Position numbers and translations under genes: made by a program. This document shows, in pieces, positions 16,457-24,657 of a stretch of 32,000 nucleotides of DNA (positions are counted from its first letter, which is position 1; every line of letters begins with the position of its first letter). Origin of the DNA: Fibrobacter succinogenes subsp. succinogenes S85 (GTDB lineage Bacteria; Fibrobacterota; Fibrobacteria; Fibrobacterales; Fibrobacteraceae); assembly GCF_000146505.1 (NCBI RefSeq), contig NC_017448.1, positions 3,090,001 through 3,122,000 on the forward strand, read 5' to 3'. The notes under the pieces are model-generated. The model searched no databases and was not told the origin of the DNA. It worked only from the letters and a program-made list of their open reading frames with translations.

Positions 16457-17529
16457 CAGTCACCTTTTGATTTTACGTTTGCAGGATCCGCGCTCTTTTG
16501 GGGCGCGTCTTGAGGTGCGGGAGCATTTTTCGGTGCAGTCCCGGCTGAATCTTGCACTGCAGTCTTCAGTGAATCTGCGACTTTTGCGGAATCTTGCACA
16601 ACACTCGTGTCGATTTTCGCGGAATCCTGTGCGGCGACCTTCAAAGAATCGACCTTTACAGAATCTTTTTTCGTATCGTCGATAATCTTGACTTTGGGCT
16701 TCTTGCCTTCTCCGTCATCGTCATCATCGTCGTCGTCATCCTTGGGCTTTGGCTTGTTCCAGAAACCGAAAGATCCTCTAATCTGCAACTGGATCCCGCC
16801 CAGGTTCCACCTTGCTTTTTCTTCCGGACCGTTCGGGACGATGTCAGAGAACGCTTTATTGGACTTCACCGAAATAGAATTGAATCCGATATCGCCATAG
16901 AGCTTGAAGTTCTTCCAGCTCGCAAAAAGGTAGCCGAGGCTTACGCCAAAACCAGCACCCCAAAGCGGAGTTTCCGCTTCAAGTTTGCCCCAGGTCGTGT
17001 AGATTTCTGTACCCGGCAATGCCCAGTACCAGCGAACGGCGATGCTAAAGAGCCCACCCGTGCTGAGCGTGATAAAGTTCTTGGGGAGCGCCAGGCGGTA
17101 TTCAAGGAACAGCGGGACGCCCTGGAGCGTGTACTTGTAGCTGTGCGTGCTGCTCTTGCGGTCGGTCAACACCACGGATTCGTTATCGTAAATAAAGCCG
17201 ATGCCTGCACTTAGGAACTGGTCTTCCTGGAATTGCCACTGGATACCTGCGGTAATCGGGAAGCAAAAGTTCACCTTCTGGAAATCTTGCTTGGCCACAT
17301 TCAGTGATTCGGCGCTGTTTACGGCGGTTGCCTTGAATTCGTAGTAGATGGTGTCGATAGCATCCTGGAAGTATTCGCGCTCGGTAAAGCCGATGAACGA
17401 AATCGAGGGCTGTACAAAGACAGACAGGATGGAATTGTCGTGGTCCAGTTTTTCGTCACTTGCGGCAAGGGCGTTTGCCGACAGCAACGCCATGAGGAAT
17501 AAAACTGTATTTCTAGACCTGAACTTCAT
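16456..17529 (-). CDS. Outer-membrane beta-barrel-like protein with long charged low-complexity C-terminal tail
   Basis: The signal peptide is MKFRSRNTVLFLMALLSANALA. About 230 aa show an alternating hydrophobic pattern rich in G/Y/F/W, ending ...RGSFGFW. The tail then reads KPKPKDDDDDDDDDGEGKKPK... with reiterated QDSAK/DSLK motifs. No family is recognised by eye. Confidence 0.55.
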   Translation of the reverse strand: MKFRSRNTVLFLMALLSANALAASDEKLDHDNSILSVFVQPSISFIGFTEREYFQDAIDTIYYEFKATAVNSAESLNVAKQDFQKVNFCFPITAGIQWQFQEDQFLSAGIGFIYDNESVVLTDRKSSTHSYKYTLQGVPLFLEYRLALPKNFITLSTGGLFSIAVRWYWALPGTEIYTTWGKLEAETPLWGAGFGVSLGYLFASWKNFKLYGDIGFNSISVKSNKAFSDIVPNGPEEKARWNLGGIQLQIRGSFGFWNKPKPKDDDDDDDDDGEGKKPKVKIIDDTKKDSVKVDSLKVAAQDSAKIDTSVVQDSAKVADSLKTAVQDSAGTAPKNAPAPQDAPQKSADPANVKSKGD

Positions 17530-17537
17530 CCGGGTGC

Positions 17538-18389
17538 TTAGTTAGCCAAATTCTTTTCTTCTTTCTGGAGTCGCTTCTTTTCGGATTCCTTCTTCAGGCG
17601 CTTTTCATAGGCTTCTTCGGCCTTGACGATTTTTTCTTCGGCCTTTTGCACGCGCTTTAGCACTTCGACATTATCGCCTGCTTCGTTTTGGGCAGTGGCG
17701 AGGTATTGCCTTGCAGATTCAAACTGGTCAAGGTCGGTGTAGGCGTCCGAAATGAGGAACAGTGCTTCCTGGCGGCGCTGCGCCTTGGGGTAGGTTTCCA
17801 AGAATTCCTTGAAATAAATCACGGCAGCCTGCGGCTTTTCCATGCGCAAGTAGAGACGCCCGGTCTGGAATTCCTTTTCGGCCACGCGGTCAACGAGGAG
17901 GTTGTAGTAATAATTGACGGAGTCGCGGAGCGGGGTGTTCGGGTGGTTCGCGAGGTATCGCTCGAAGTCCTTCATGGCGGTCGTCGTGTTGGATTCGTCA
18001 CGGTCGATTCTGTAATCCATGTTGAACGAAGAAACGGCTTTGCGGAATTCAGCGGTTTCTGCAAACGGGGAACCCGGGAAGTTCACGATGAAGCTTCCGT
18101 ATTCGCCACGGGCTTCAATCCACTGCTCCAGGTTGAAGTGGCTTTCGGCGAGCAGGAACTGAGCCTGTTCCATGTAGCCCGACCCTGCACAGGTAGAAAG
18201 GATTTCTTCCAGTCTTTCGGTGGCTCGGCCATATTTTTTGGCCTTGAAGAGTTTCTCTGCTGCTTCGTAACGTGCTTTGCACCATTCCGTATGGGTCGTT
18301 TTCTTGGTAGAGGCTGTCGAACAACCCATCACAGTTGCCATATAAAGGAAAAAAGGAACGAACAGGGTACACTTGAAAAGATTTTTCAT
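17538..18389 (-). CDS. bamD: Outer membrane protein assembly factor BamD/YfiO-like TPR lipoprotein
   Basis: The ORF extends to 18419, but the preferred start is ATG at 18389 (MKNLFKCTLFVPFFLYMATVMGC, lipobox-like VMGC). The body is TPR-like and helical, with the typical BamD architecture. The C-terminal tail is Lys/Glu-rich. Confidence 0.7.
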   Translation of the reverse strand: MKNLFKCTLFVPFFLYMATVMGCSTASTKKTTHTEWCKARYEAAEKLFKAKKYGRATERLEEILSTCAGSGYMEQAQFLLAESHFNLEQWIEARGEYGSFIVNFPGSPFAETAEFRKAVSSFNMDYRIDRDESNTTTAMKDFERYLANHPNTPLRDSVNYYYNLLVDRVAEKEFQTGRLYLRMEKPQAAVIYFKEFLETYPKAQRRQEALFLISDAYTDLDQFESARQYLATAQNEAGDNVEVLKRVQKAEEKIVKAEEAYEKRLKKESEKKRLQKEEKNLAN

Positions 18390-18453
18390 TTTTTTTCTTT
18401 GGTTAATTCTAACTTTCATGCTGTAAAGTAGAAAAAAACGACTCTAGAGAAAA

Positions 18454-19890
18454 ATGATTTTAGTCCGCTATGTCTTGAAAGAGCTGATTGGGCCTTTTTT
18501 GGCTTCGCTCTTTGGCATTACCTTTTTGTTTGTAGTTGACTTTTTAGTCAAAATCTTGGACAATGTGTTGTCCAAGGGGCTGCCTACATCTACGGTTCTT
18601 GAAATTTTTGTGCTGAACTTGGCGTGGATGCTTTCGCTTTCGATTCCGATGGCGGTGCTTGTCGCAAGCCTTATGACGTTTGGCCGCATGTCGGGGGATC
18701 AGGAAATTACGGCTGTCAAGGCGGCGGGTATTTCGCCTTTGTCGCTCATGCGACCGGTGTTGCTTGTGGCGCTGCTTCTCTCCGTTTTGATGGTTGTGTT
18801 CAATAACTGGGTGCTCCCGGAAGCAAACCATAGGTCCGTGGAACTCATGAATGCGGTGTCTCGCAAGAAACCTCACGTGTTTATCGATGCCGGGCGACTC
18901 ATTACGCAGTTCCCGGGCGTTCAACTCTGGGTGAACCGCATCGATCCTGTGTCGGGTACGCTGTACGGTATTCAAATTTTTGAAATGGAAAAGAAGGGCG
19001 CTCCGCGTATTGTCTATGCCGATAGCGCCTCGATGGACTATGTGGACAATGGGGCTACTCTTATGCTCCGTCTCCGCAGTGGCGAAACGCATCTCGTCGA
19101 TCCGGACGATTCCGACAATTATTTCCGCATCCGCTTCTTCTCGCAGGATTTGGCTATGCAGAACGTGGATGACCGCCTGGAACGCCGCAGCAGGAGCTAC
19201 CGCAGTGACCGCGAAATGCCGGTCGAGATGATGTGGGATGTGGTGACGGATGCCCGTGAAAAATTTGATACCGCATCCGTGCAGGCCAAGACTCGCCGTT
19301 TGCCGACTCTGATGCGCATTCGTGATCTCGTCGTGGGCGATTCAATTCTCCCGGCAGAAGCAAGTGGCGTGCCGATGGCCGATTCTATGCAGTTTGTCCA
19401 GGGACTCCGCAAAATTCGCGTGCAGGAGGCGGCATCGCTTCGCGCGACGGAACGCGCCTGGGGCCGCATGGAAGGCGAACTCAAGCGAGCCGCGCAGTAC
19501 ATGGTTGAAATTCACAAGAAGTTCAGTACGGCGTTTGCGTGCTTCATTTTTGTCCTGATTGGAGCTCCGCTTGGAATCATGGCGCGCAAGGGCGGCATTG
19601 GCACGGGCATTCTCTACAGTCTCGCGTTCTTTGTCATTTACTGGATTTGCCTCATCGGTGGCGAAAACCTTGCGGACCGCCTGATTGTCTCTCCGGAACT
19701 TGCCATGTGGATTTCAAATATCATTATCGGTGCCGTTGGCATCCTCCTTACACGTGCGATGGTGCGCGACCGGTTCTCTGGCGATTCCAAAGTCAAGCGG
19801 TTCTTTAGGTCCTTGGGACGCTTTGTAGTCTTTAGGGCGATTGGCCGTTTCTTCGGTCGTATTTTCGGTAAAATCGCGGAGTTGTTCTGA
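18454..19890 (+). CDS. lptF: LptF/LptG (YjgP/YjgQ) family LPS export permease
   Basis: The N-terminus MILVRYVLKELIGPFLASLFGITFLF is characteristic of the family. It has three TM helices, a large periplasmic beta-jellyroll region, then three more TM helices. There is an additional basic amphipathic C-terminal tail (RFFRSLGRFVVFRAIGRFFGRIFGKI). Confidence 0.8.
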   Translation: MILVRYVLKELIGPFLASLFGITFLFVVDFLVKILDNVLSKGLPTSTVLEIFVLNLAWMLSLSIPMAVLVASLMTFGRMSGDQEITAVKAAGISPLSLMRPVLLVALLLSVLMVVFNNWVLPEANHRSVELMNAVSRKKPHVFIDAGRLITQFPGVQLWVNRIDPVSGTLYGIQIFEMEKKGAPRIVYADSASMDYVDNGATLMLRLRSGETHLVDPDDSDNYFRIRFFSQDLAMQNVDDRLERRSRSYRSDREMPVEMMWDVVTDAREKFDTASVQAKTRRLPTLMRIRDLVVGDSILPAEASGVPMADSMQFVQGLRKIRVQEAASLRATERAWGRMEGELKRAAQYMVEIHKKFSTAFACFIFVLIGAPLGIMARKGGIGTGILYSLAFFVIYWICLIGGENLADRLIVSPELAMWISNIIIGAVGILLTRAMVRDRFSGDSKVKRFFRSLGRFVVFRAIGRFFGRIFGKIAELF

Positions 19891-20990
19891 TGAAGTTCTC
19901 TCGTTATCTTATCTGGAACTTCCTGAAGATGTTCCTCATCGTGGTTTGCGGTGCTGTGCTTATTTTTGTGGTGATTGACTTTGTCGGTAATATCAAGACT
20001 TGGCTTTCCCGCGATATGAAGGCGGTGACCGATTACTACTTGAGTTACCTTCCGTATATTTTGTACTTGATTACCCCGGTAGCCTTGTTTATTGCAGTAC
20101 TTGCCTCGGTGGGCAATATGGCGCGCCATCTGGAAATGAGTGCGATGCAAAGCTCTGGACAGAGCCCATTCAAGACGCTTTTGCCGATATTCTTTTTGGG
20201 CGTCCTCATGTCGATTGGTTCGTACGAAATGAGCGAACACTGGCTCCCGGATGCAAACCACAAGCGCTTTGAAATCATGGAGACAAATGCGCAGAAACGC
20301 AAGAACCCGCGCATCAAGGAAAAACAGGACTTTACGTTTATCGATAGCGAAAAGAACAGCTGGTTCTTCAAACACTATTCGGGCAAGAACAAACTGGGCC
20401 GAGACGTTGTCCTGCTGGTGCGTGAGCGTGGGCGCCTGGTCGAACGTTACGATGTCCGTTCTATCCGCTGGATTGAAAAGGATTCGGTGACCAAAGATGG
20501 GTTCTGGCGCTTTGAAAACGGGTTCCACCGCGTATTCAAGAAGGATGGTTCTGTCGATGTATTCCCTGTCCGGCAAAAGAGCATGAAGGGCAAGGTAAAT
20601 ACGCATCCGAACGACTTGATTAACGAACGTCAGCTTCCTGACGAAATGGATTCCAAGATGGTCAAGGCGCGTATTGATGTGCTGCGCCGTTCGGGTGAAG
20701 ACACCCGTGCGATGGAGACCGCTTTACAGTTTAAGTATTCGGCACACTGGATGAACTTGATTGTCCTTTTGATCGGGGCGGCGCTTTGCCACAGGTATAG
20801 CCGTTCAGGGGGCCTTTCCCAGAAATTTGGTGTTGGCTTGTTGCTTGTATTTAGCTATTATATTCTAGAGAGAATTGGGCTTAAGATGGGTGAAAACGGG
20901 GCTCTGTCGCCGTTCTGGGCGGCGTGGAACAGTCACTTCATTTATGCCGGTCTCGCGTTTGTAATGTTATATCGATCATTCCGCTTGTAG
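19890..20990 (+). CDS. lptG: LptF/LptG (YjgP/YjgQ) family LPS export permease
   Basis: The N-terminus is MKFSRYLIWNFLKMFLIVVCGAVLIF and the topology is the same as the preceding gene. Its ATG overlaps the upstream TGA (cTGATGa at 19888-19892), which suggests translational coupling. Confidence 0.8.
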   Translation: MKFSRYLIWNFLKMFLIVVCGAVLIFVVIDFVGNIKTWLSRDMKAVTDYYLSYLPYILYLITPVALFIAVLASVGNMARHLEMSAMQSSGQSPFKTLLPIFFLGVLMSIGSYEMSEHWLPDANHKRFEIMETNAQKRKNPRIKEKQDFTFIDSEKNSWFFKHYSGKNKLGRDVVLLVRERGRLVERYDVRSIRWIEKDSVTKDGFWRFENGFHRVFKKDGSVDVFPVRQKSMKGKVNTHPNDLINERQLPDEMDSKMVKARIDVLRRSGEDTRAMETALQFKYSAHWMNLIVLLIGAALCHRYSRSGGLSQKFGVGLLLVFSYYILERIGLKMGENGALSPFWAAWNSHFIYAGLAFVMLYRSFRL

Positions 20991-20998
20991 AGGGTTGT

Positions 20999-22816
20999 AT
21001 GTCCGTATCCGAGATTTTATTTGTTGTCGCCGGAGCTTTGCTCGGTCTTGCTATTCAGGGGGGCATGTTCCTTTTCCTTATCCCCTTTGCTGTTGTCGCA
21101 TTTTCACTTGCCGTCTTGAATCGTCCAAGCCTCCCGACGGGTACGACTGTTATTCCTGTGATTAAGAGTAGCAAGCGCACGACCGCTATTACACCGGTTG
21201 TGTCTCCGGATATCCGCAACGAGTTTACGAACGACGTCAAGATGGATACGAACGAGCCGAATTCCTCGCTTCGCGTGAACCAGATCTGGTCCCGTGCAAA
21301 CTCGGATGTCGACAAGGCGTTTGGCGATATGCTGCGCTGTCTCAAGCTGCTCATGCCCGATGCAAATACGTTTATGATTTTTATGAGTGGCGGTAGCGCT
21401 AACGAGCTTCGCCTGAGAACGTTCCAGAGTGATATTCCGAACTGCATCGATACAGGCGCAAAGATTTCTGAAAACATGGGCGTTATGAGCCAGCTCTTGC
21501 GTCCGGGCGTGTCTCGCATTTTGGAAGGCGACGTGCTTGTGAGCAAGCGTCTCCCGTACTACATTGAAAACCGCAAGATCCGTTCCTTGGTGGGTGTTCC
21601 GCTCCTGGACCGTGATGATCGCCGCTTTGGTGCTATCTTGGTGGATTCCTTGCATCCGAACGCCTTTAAGGAAGTTGATGTTCAGGCCCTTACGTTCATG
21701 GCTCATGTGATGTACATGGTGAGCTTCAAGAGCTACGTTTCTGCACAGAACTACATTGAACAGCAACAGTTCAGCGTGCTTTACCGCTACCAGCGCAAGT
21801 TCTTCCAGACCATGACGGTGAAGGATATCTACAAGCAAATGTTTGAATATGTCAAGGAGAACATGCCGTTCGACCGCTTGACGATTTTGGCGTTGGACAA
21901 ACCGAAGGAATGCGCTGGCCGAGTCGTTTACTGCGTGGGTGTGGATTCCGAACAGTTTGTCGATAAACGCTTTACGTTGTCCGATAAGGGCATCTTTGTG
22001 CTTGCTCTCATGAGGAACCGTCCGGTGTTCCGTTCGTTTACTTCGGGCTATGCCGATTACGTGCCGCGCCTGAACGATTCTGAAAAGCGCAATATGGAAT
22101 TGCGTCAGTTGTTTGTAATGCCGGTGGCTTCTGAACCGGATGCAAAGACGGCTGAACTTGCCATCTGCCTTGAAAGCCGTTACACGAACCGCTACCAGGA
22201 TCACGAAAAGAAACTCCTCAAGGCTTTTGCCGGTGTCGCAGGTTTTGCTTATGCCCGTGCGCTCCAGGTTGAAAAGGACAAGGACCTTGCGACGCGCGAC
22301 GGTCTCACGGGACTCATGAACCACCGCTCTCTGCAAGAAGCGCTCCGCACTGAAAAGGTGCGTGCCGACCGCAAGAAGTATAACATCGGCGTCTTGATGA
22401 TGGACATTGACCACTTCAAGCGCGTGAACGATACGTATGGACACCCGGTTGGTGACGAAGTGATTAAGGGTATTGCAACGGCGATTAGCGGTGAAATCCG
22501 CAAGGAAATTGACGTCGTGGCTCGCTATGGCGGTGAAGAATTTGTGGTGGCTCTCGTCGATACGACTCCGGAAGGCATGATTGAAACGGCTGAACGCATC
22601 CGCAAGGCGGTGGGCAAGCTTGAATTCAACGTGCATTTGACGGACCCGCTGCGTGTGACGGTCAGCATTGGCGCCTTCCTTGTGGAACCGGAGTTCTCGG
22701 ACATGAAGAAGGCGGTGAACAATGCGGACCAGGCTCTCTACAAGGCAAAGGATGGCGGCCGCAACCAGGTCGTGCGTTTTGAAACCGTTGAAACTGAAGC
22801 GGTGGGAGCTGTTTAG
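20999..22816 (+). CDS. Membrane-anchored GAF-GAF-GGDEF diguanylate cyclase
   Basis: The preferred start is ATG 20999 (MSVSEILFVV...), 8 nt after the lptG stop. There are two N-terminal TM helices and two GAF-like regions. The GGDEF domain has DGLTGLMNHRSL, MMDIDHFKRVNDTYGH and the active-site motif RYGGEEF. The I-site position reads KEID rather than RxxD. Confidence 0.88.
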   Translation: MSVSEILFVVAGALLGLAIQGGMFLFLIPFAVVAFSLAVLNRPSLPTGTTVIPVIKSSKRTTAITPVVSPDIRNEFTNDVKMDTNEPNSSLRVNQIWSRANSDVDKAFGDMLRCLKLLMPDANTFMIFMSGGSANELRLRTFQSDIPNCIDTGAKISENMGVMSQLLRPGVSRILEGDVLVSKRLPYYIENRKIRSLVGVPLLDRDDRRFGAILVDSLHPNAFKEVDVQALTFMAHVMYMVSFKSYVSAQNYIEQQQFSVLYRYQRKFFQTMTVKDIYKQMFEYVKENMPFDRLTILALDKPKECAGRVVYCVGVDSEQFVDKRFTLSDKGIFVLALMRNRPVFRSFTSGYADYVPRLNDSEKRNMELRQLFVMPVASEPDAKTAELAICLESRYTNRYQDHEKKLLKAFAGVAGFAYARALQVEKDKDLATRDGLTGLMNHRSLQEALRTEKVRADRKKYNIGVLMMDIDHFKRVNDTYGHPVGDEVIKGIATAISGEIRKEIDVVARYGGEEFVVALVDTTPEGMIETAERIRKAVGKLEFNVHLTDPLRVTVSIGAFLVEPEFSDMKKAVNNADQALYKAKDGGRNQVVRFETVETEAVGAV

Positions 22817-22818
22817 AG

Positions 22819-22882
<64 letters not shown>

Positions 22883-22972
22883 ACTTCCTTCTCTCTAAAA
22901 AGAAAACACTAAGTTCTAAGAGCGAAGCGGGCTAAGTTCTGCCAACTAGATTTTTTAAACAGCGTCTCCCTA

Positions 22973-23021
22973 ACCACTAACCACCAGCCACTAACCACTT
23001 CCTACTTCTAACTTCCTACTA
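22973..23021. repeat. Degenerate heptad array (ACCACTA-like x7) forming the G-depleted leader of the symporter gene
   Basis: The units read accacta accacca gccacta accactt cctactt ctaactt cctacta, then acctATG. They are in 7-nt register with the perfect array upstream. Confidence 0.8.
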
Positions 23022-23025
23022 ACCT

Positions 23026-24525
23026 ATGTTCACTGCTCTTGATTGGATTGTCTTATTCGCTTACTTGCTCCTCTCGCTTGCGATTGGGCTCTGGGTTTCT
23101 CGTGGCAACAAGAACCTCAAGGAATACATGTTCGGTGGCGGCTCGATGCCGTGGGTGGCCGTGGGCATTAGCCTTATTGCAACTTCCGTGAGTGCGACGA
23201 CATTCTTGGGCGCTCCAGCCGATGTCTATGGCGACGACATGACATTTTTGATGTTCCAGATTGGTGCGCTATTGAGCATTTTTGTGGTGGGCTTTGTTTT
23301 TATCCCGCGTTTCCGCACGTCTGGTATTTCGAGCGCTTATGAACTTTTTGAAGTGCGTTTTGGGAGCCGCTCGGTGCGCCGTTTGGCTGCTGTCTTTTAC
23401 TGCTTGCATTTGCTTTTGCGCACGGGCATATTGCTTTACGCGCCCTCGCTTGTGCTTGCGCAGACTTTGCACATCGATTTGAAACTTGCAATTATCGTTT
23501 CTGCTGCGATTGCGATTTTCTACACGTGGTTTGGCGGCATTAAGGCGGTCATTTGGACCGACGTGATGCAATTCTGCGTGTTCTTTGGCGGTGGCGTGCT
23601 TGTGCTTTTGATTATCGCAAATCAAGTGGGTGGCTTTGGCGAAATGGCGACGCTCGCCAGCGAAGCGGGCAAGACTCGTTGGTGGAATCCATCGATGGAT
23701 GTTTCGAATGCGCGCACGCTCATCTCGGCGGGCTTTGCGTATGCAATTCTAGAAATTGCCATTCGTGGTTGCGACCAGCAGTTTGTGCAGCGCTACCTCA
23801 GCTGCAAGGACGTGAAGGCGGCAAACCGTTCAAGTGTGCTTTCGATGGTGCTCGGTTGCGCGGTCTCGATTCTCTTTTATTGGGTGGGGGCTGCACTCTT
23901 TGTGTTTTACAAGAAATCTCAGGTTGCTACGCTCCCTGAAGGTCTCGGACAGAATGACGTGTTCCCGTACTTTATTGTAAATGCGCTCCCGTCTGGCGTG
24001 ACGGGCTTGATTGTCGCTGCCATTTGTGCAGCGGCCATGAGCAGTCTTTCGGGCGCCATCAATTCGCTTAGCAATACGTCCGAGCGCGATTTCCTCGGCT
24101 GGGACGAATCTGCGGGAATGGGCGGGCTCAAGCGTGCTAAAATCTGGACGGTCGTCTGGGGCGTGCTCGGCGTGTTCTTTGCGCTCTTTGCCGCAACACA
24201 GCAGGGGAGCCTTCTTAAGAACGCCATCTTCTTTACAGGGCTTTTCACAGGGCCGCTTCTTGGCATGTTCCTCCTCGCGTTCTTTGCGGATAAGGTCTTT
24301 GGAACTGCTGAAAAGGCGTTACGCGCCTGGGTTGTGATTGTCGCAGTGCTTTGCGGTATGGCTAGCCTCGTCTTGTTCCAGGGAATCCCTGCGTTTGGCG
24401 TGAAAGCTGTCTTCGGCGGCATCTTTAGCTGGCCGTGGTTGCCCTTCATCAGCATGACTACCACTATCGTTGTGGCACTTGTTGTGAATTTTGTGGCGAA
24501 TGTTGTTTGCGCAAAACGCAAATAA
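23026..24525 (+). CDS. Sodium:solute symporter family (SSF) transporter
   Basis: 499-aa polytopic ORF with about 13 TM helices. The pattern is SSF-like (N-terminal ...GGGSMPWVAVGISLIATSVSATTFLGAPA..., mid-protein ...QRYLSCKD...). The substrate cannot be inferred. Confidence 0.82.
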   Translation: MFTALDWIVLFAYLLLSLAIGLWVSRGNKNLKEYMFGGGSMPWVAVGISLIATSVSATTFLGAPADVYGDDMTFLMFQIGALLSIFVVGFVFIPRFRTSGISSAYELFEVRFGSRSVRRLAAVFYCLHLLLRTGILLYAPSLVLAQTLHIDLKLAIIVSAAIAIFYTWFGGIKAVIWTDVMQFCVFFGGGVLVLLIIANQVGGFGEMATLASEAGKTRWWNPSMDVSNARTLISAGFAYAILEIAIRGCDQQFVQRYLSCKDVKAANRSSVLSMVLGCAVSILFYWVGAALFVFYKKSQVATLPEGLGQNDVFPYFIVNALPSGVTGLIVAAICAAAMSSLSGAINSLSNTSERDFLGWDESAGMGGLKRAKIWTVVWGVLGVFFALFAATQQGSLLKNAIFFTGLFTGPLLGMFLLAFFADKVFGTAEKALRAWVVIVAVLCGMASLVLFQGIPAFGVKAVFGGIFSWPWLPFISMTTTIVVALVVNFVANVVCAKRK

Positions 24526-24596
24526 GAATGACTGAAGTAAACTTAATTTTTCTGAATTACAAATAAGAAATTAAGTAGTTTATCGTTGAATGAATT

Positions 24597-24630
24597 CCGC
24601 AGGGATGATTCGCCTGCGGTTTTTGTTTTT
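24597..24630 (+). terminator. Rho-independent terminator
   Basis: Stem ccgcagg (24597-24603), loop gatgattcg, stem cctgcgg (24613-24619), then tttttgttttt. Confidence 0.8.
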
Positions 24631-24657
24631 GTGGATGTTTAAAAAAAGGAGAAATAT

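Noticed and set aside
20924-20998. Longer N-terminus for the diguanylate cyclase (ATG 20924), overlapping lptG by 67 nt
   Set aside because: The extension (MEQSLHLCRSRVCNVISIIPLVEGC) lies within the lptG coding region and has no signal or TM character. ATG 20999 starts directly at the first TM helix, 8 nt after the lptG stop.
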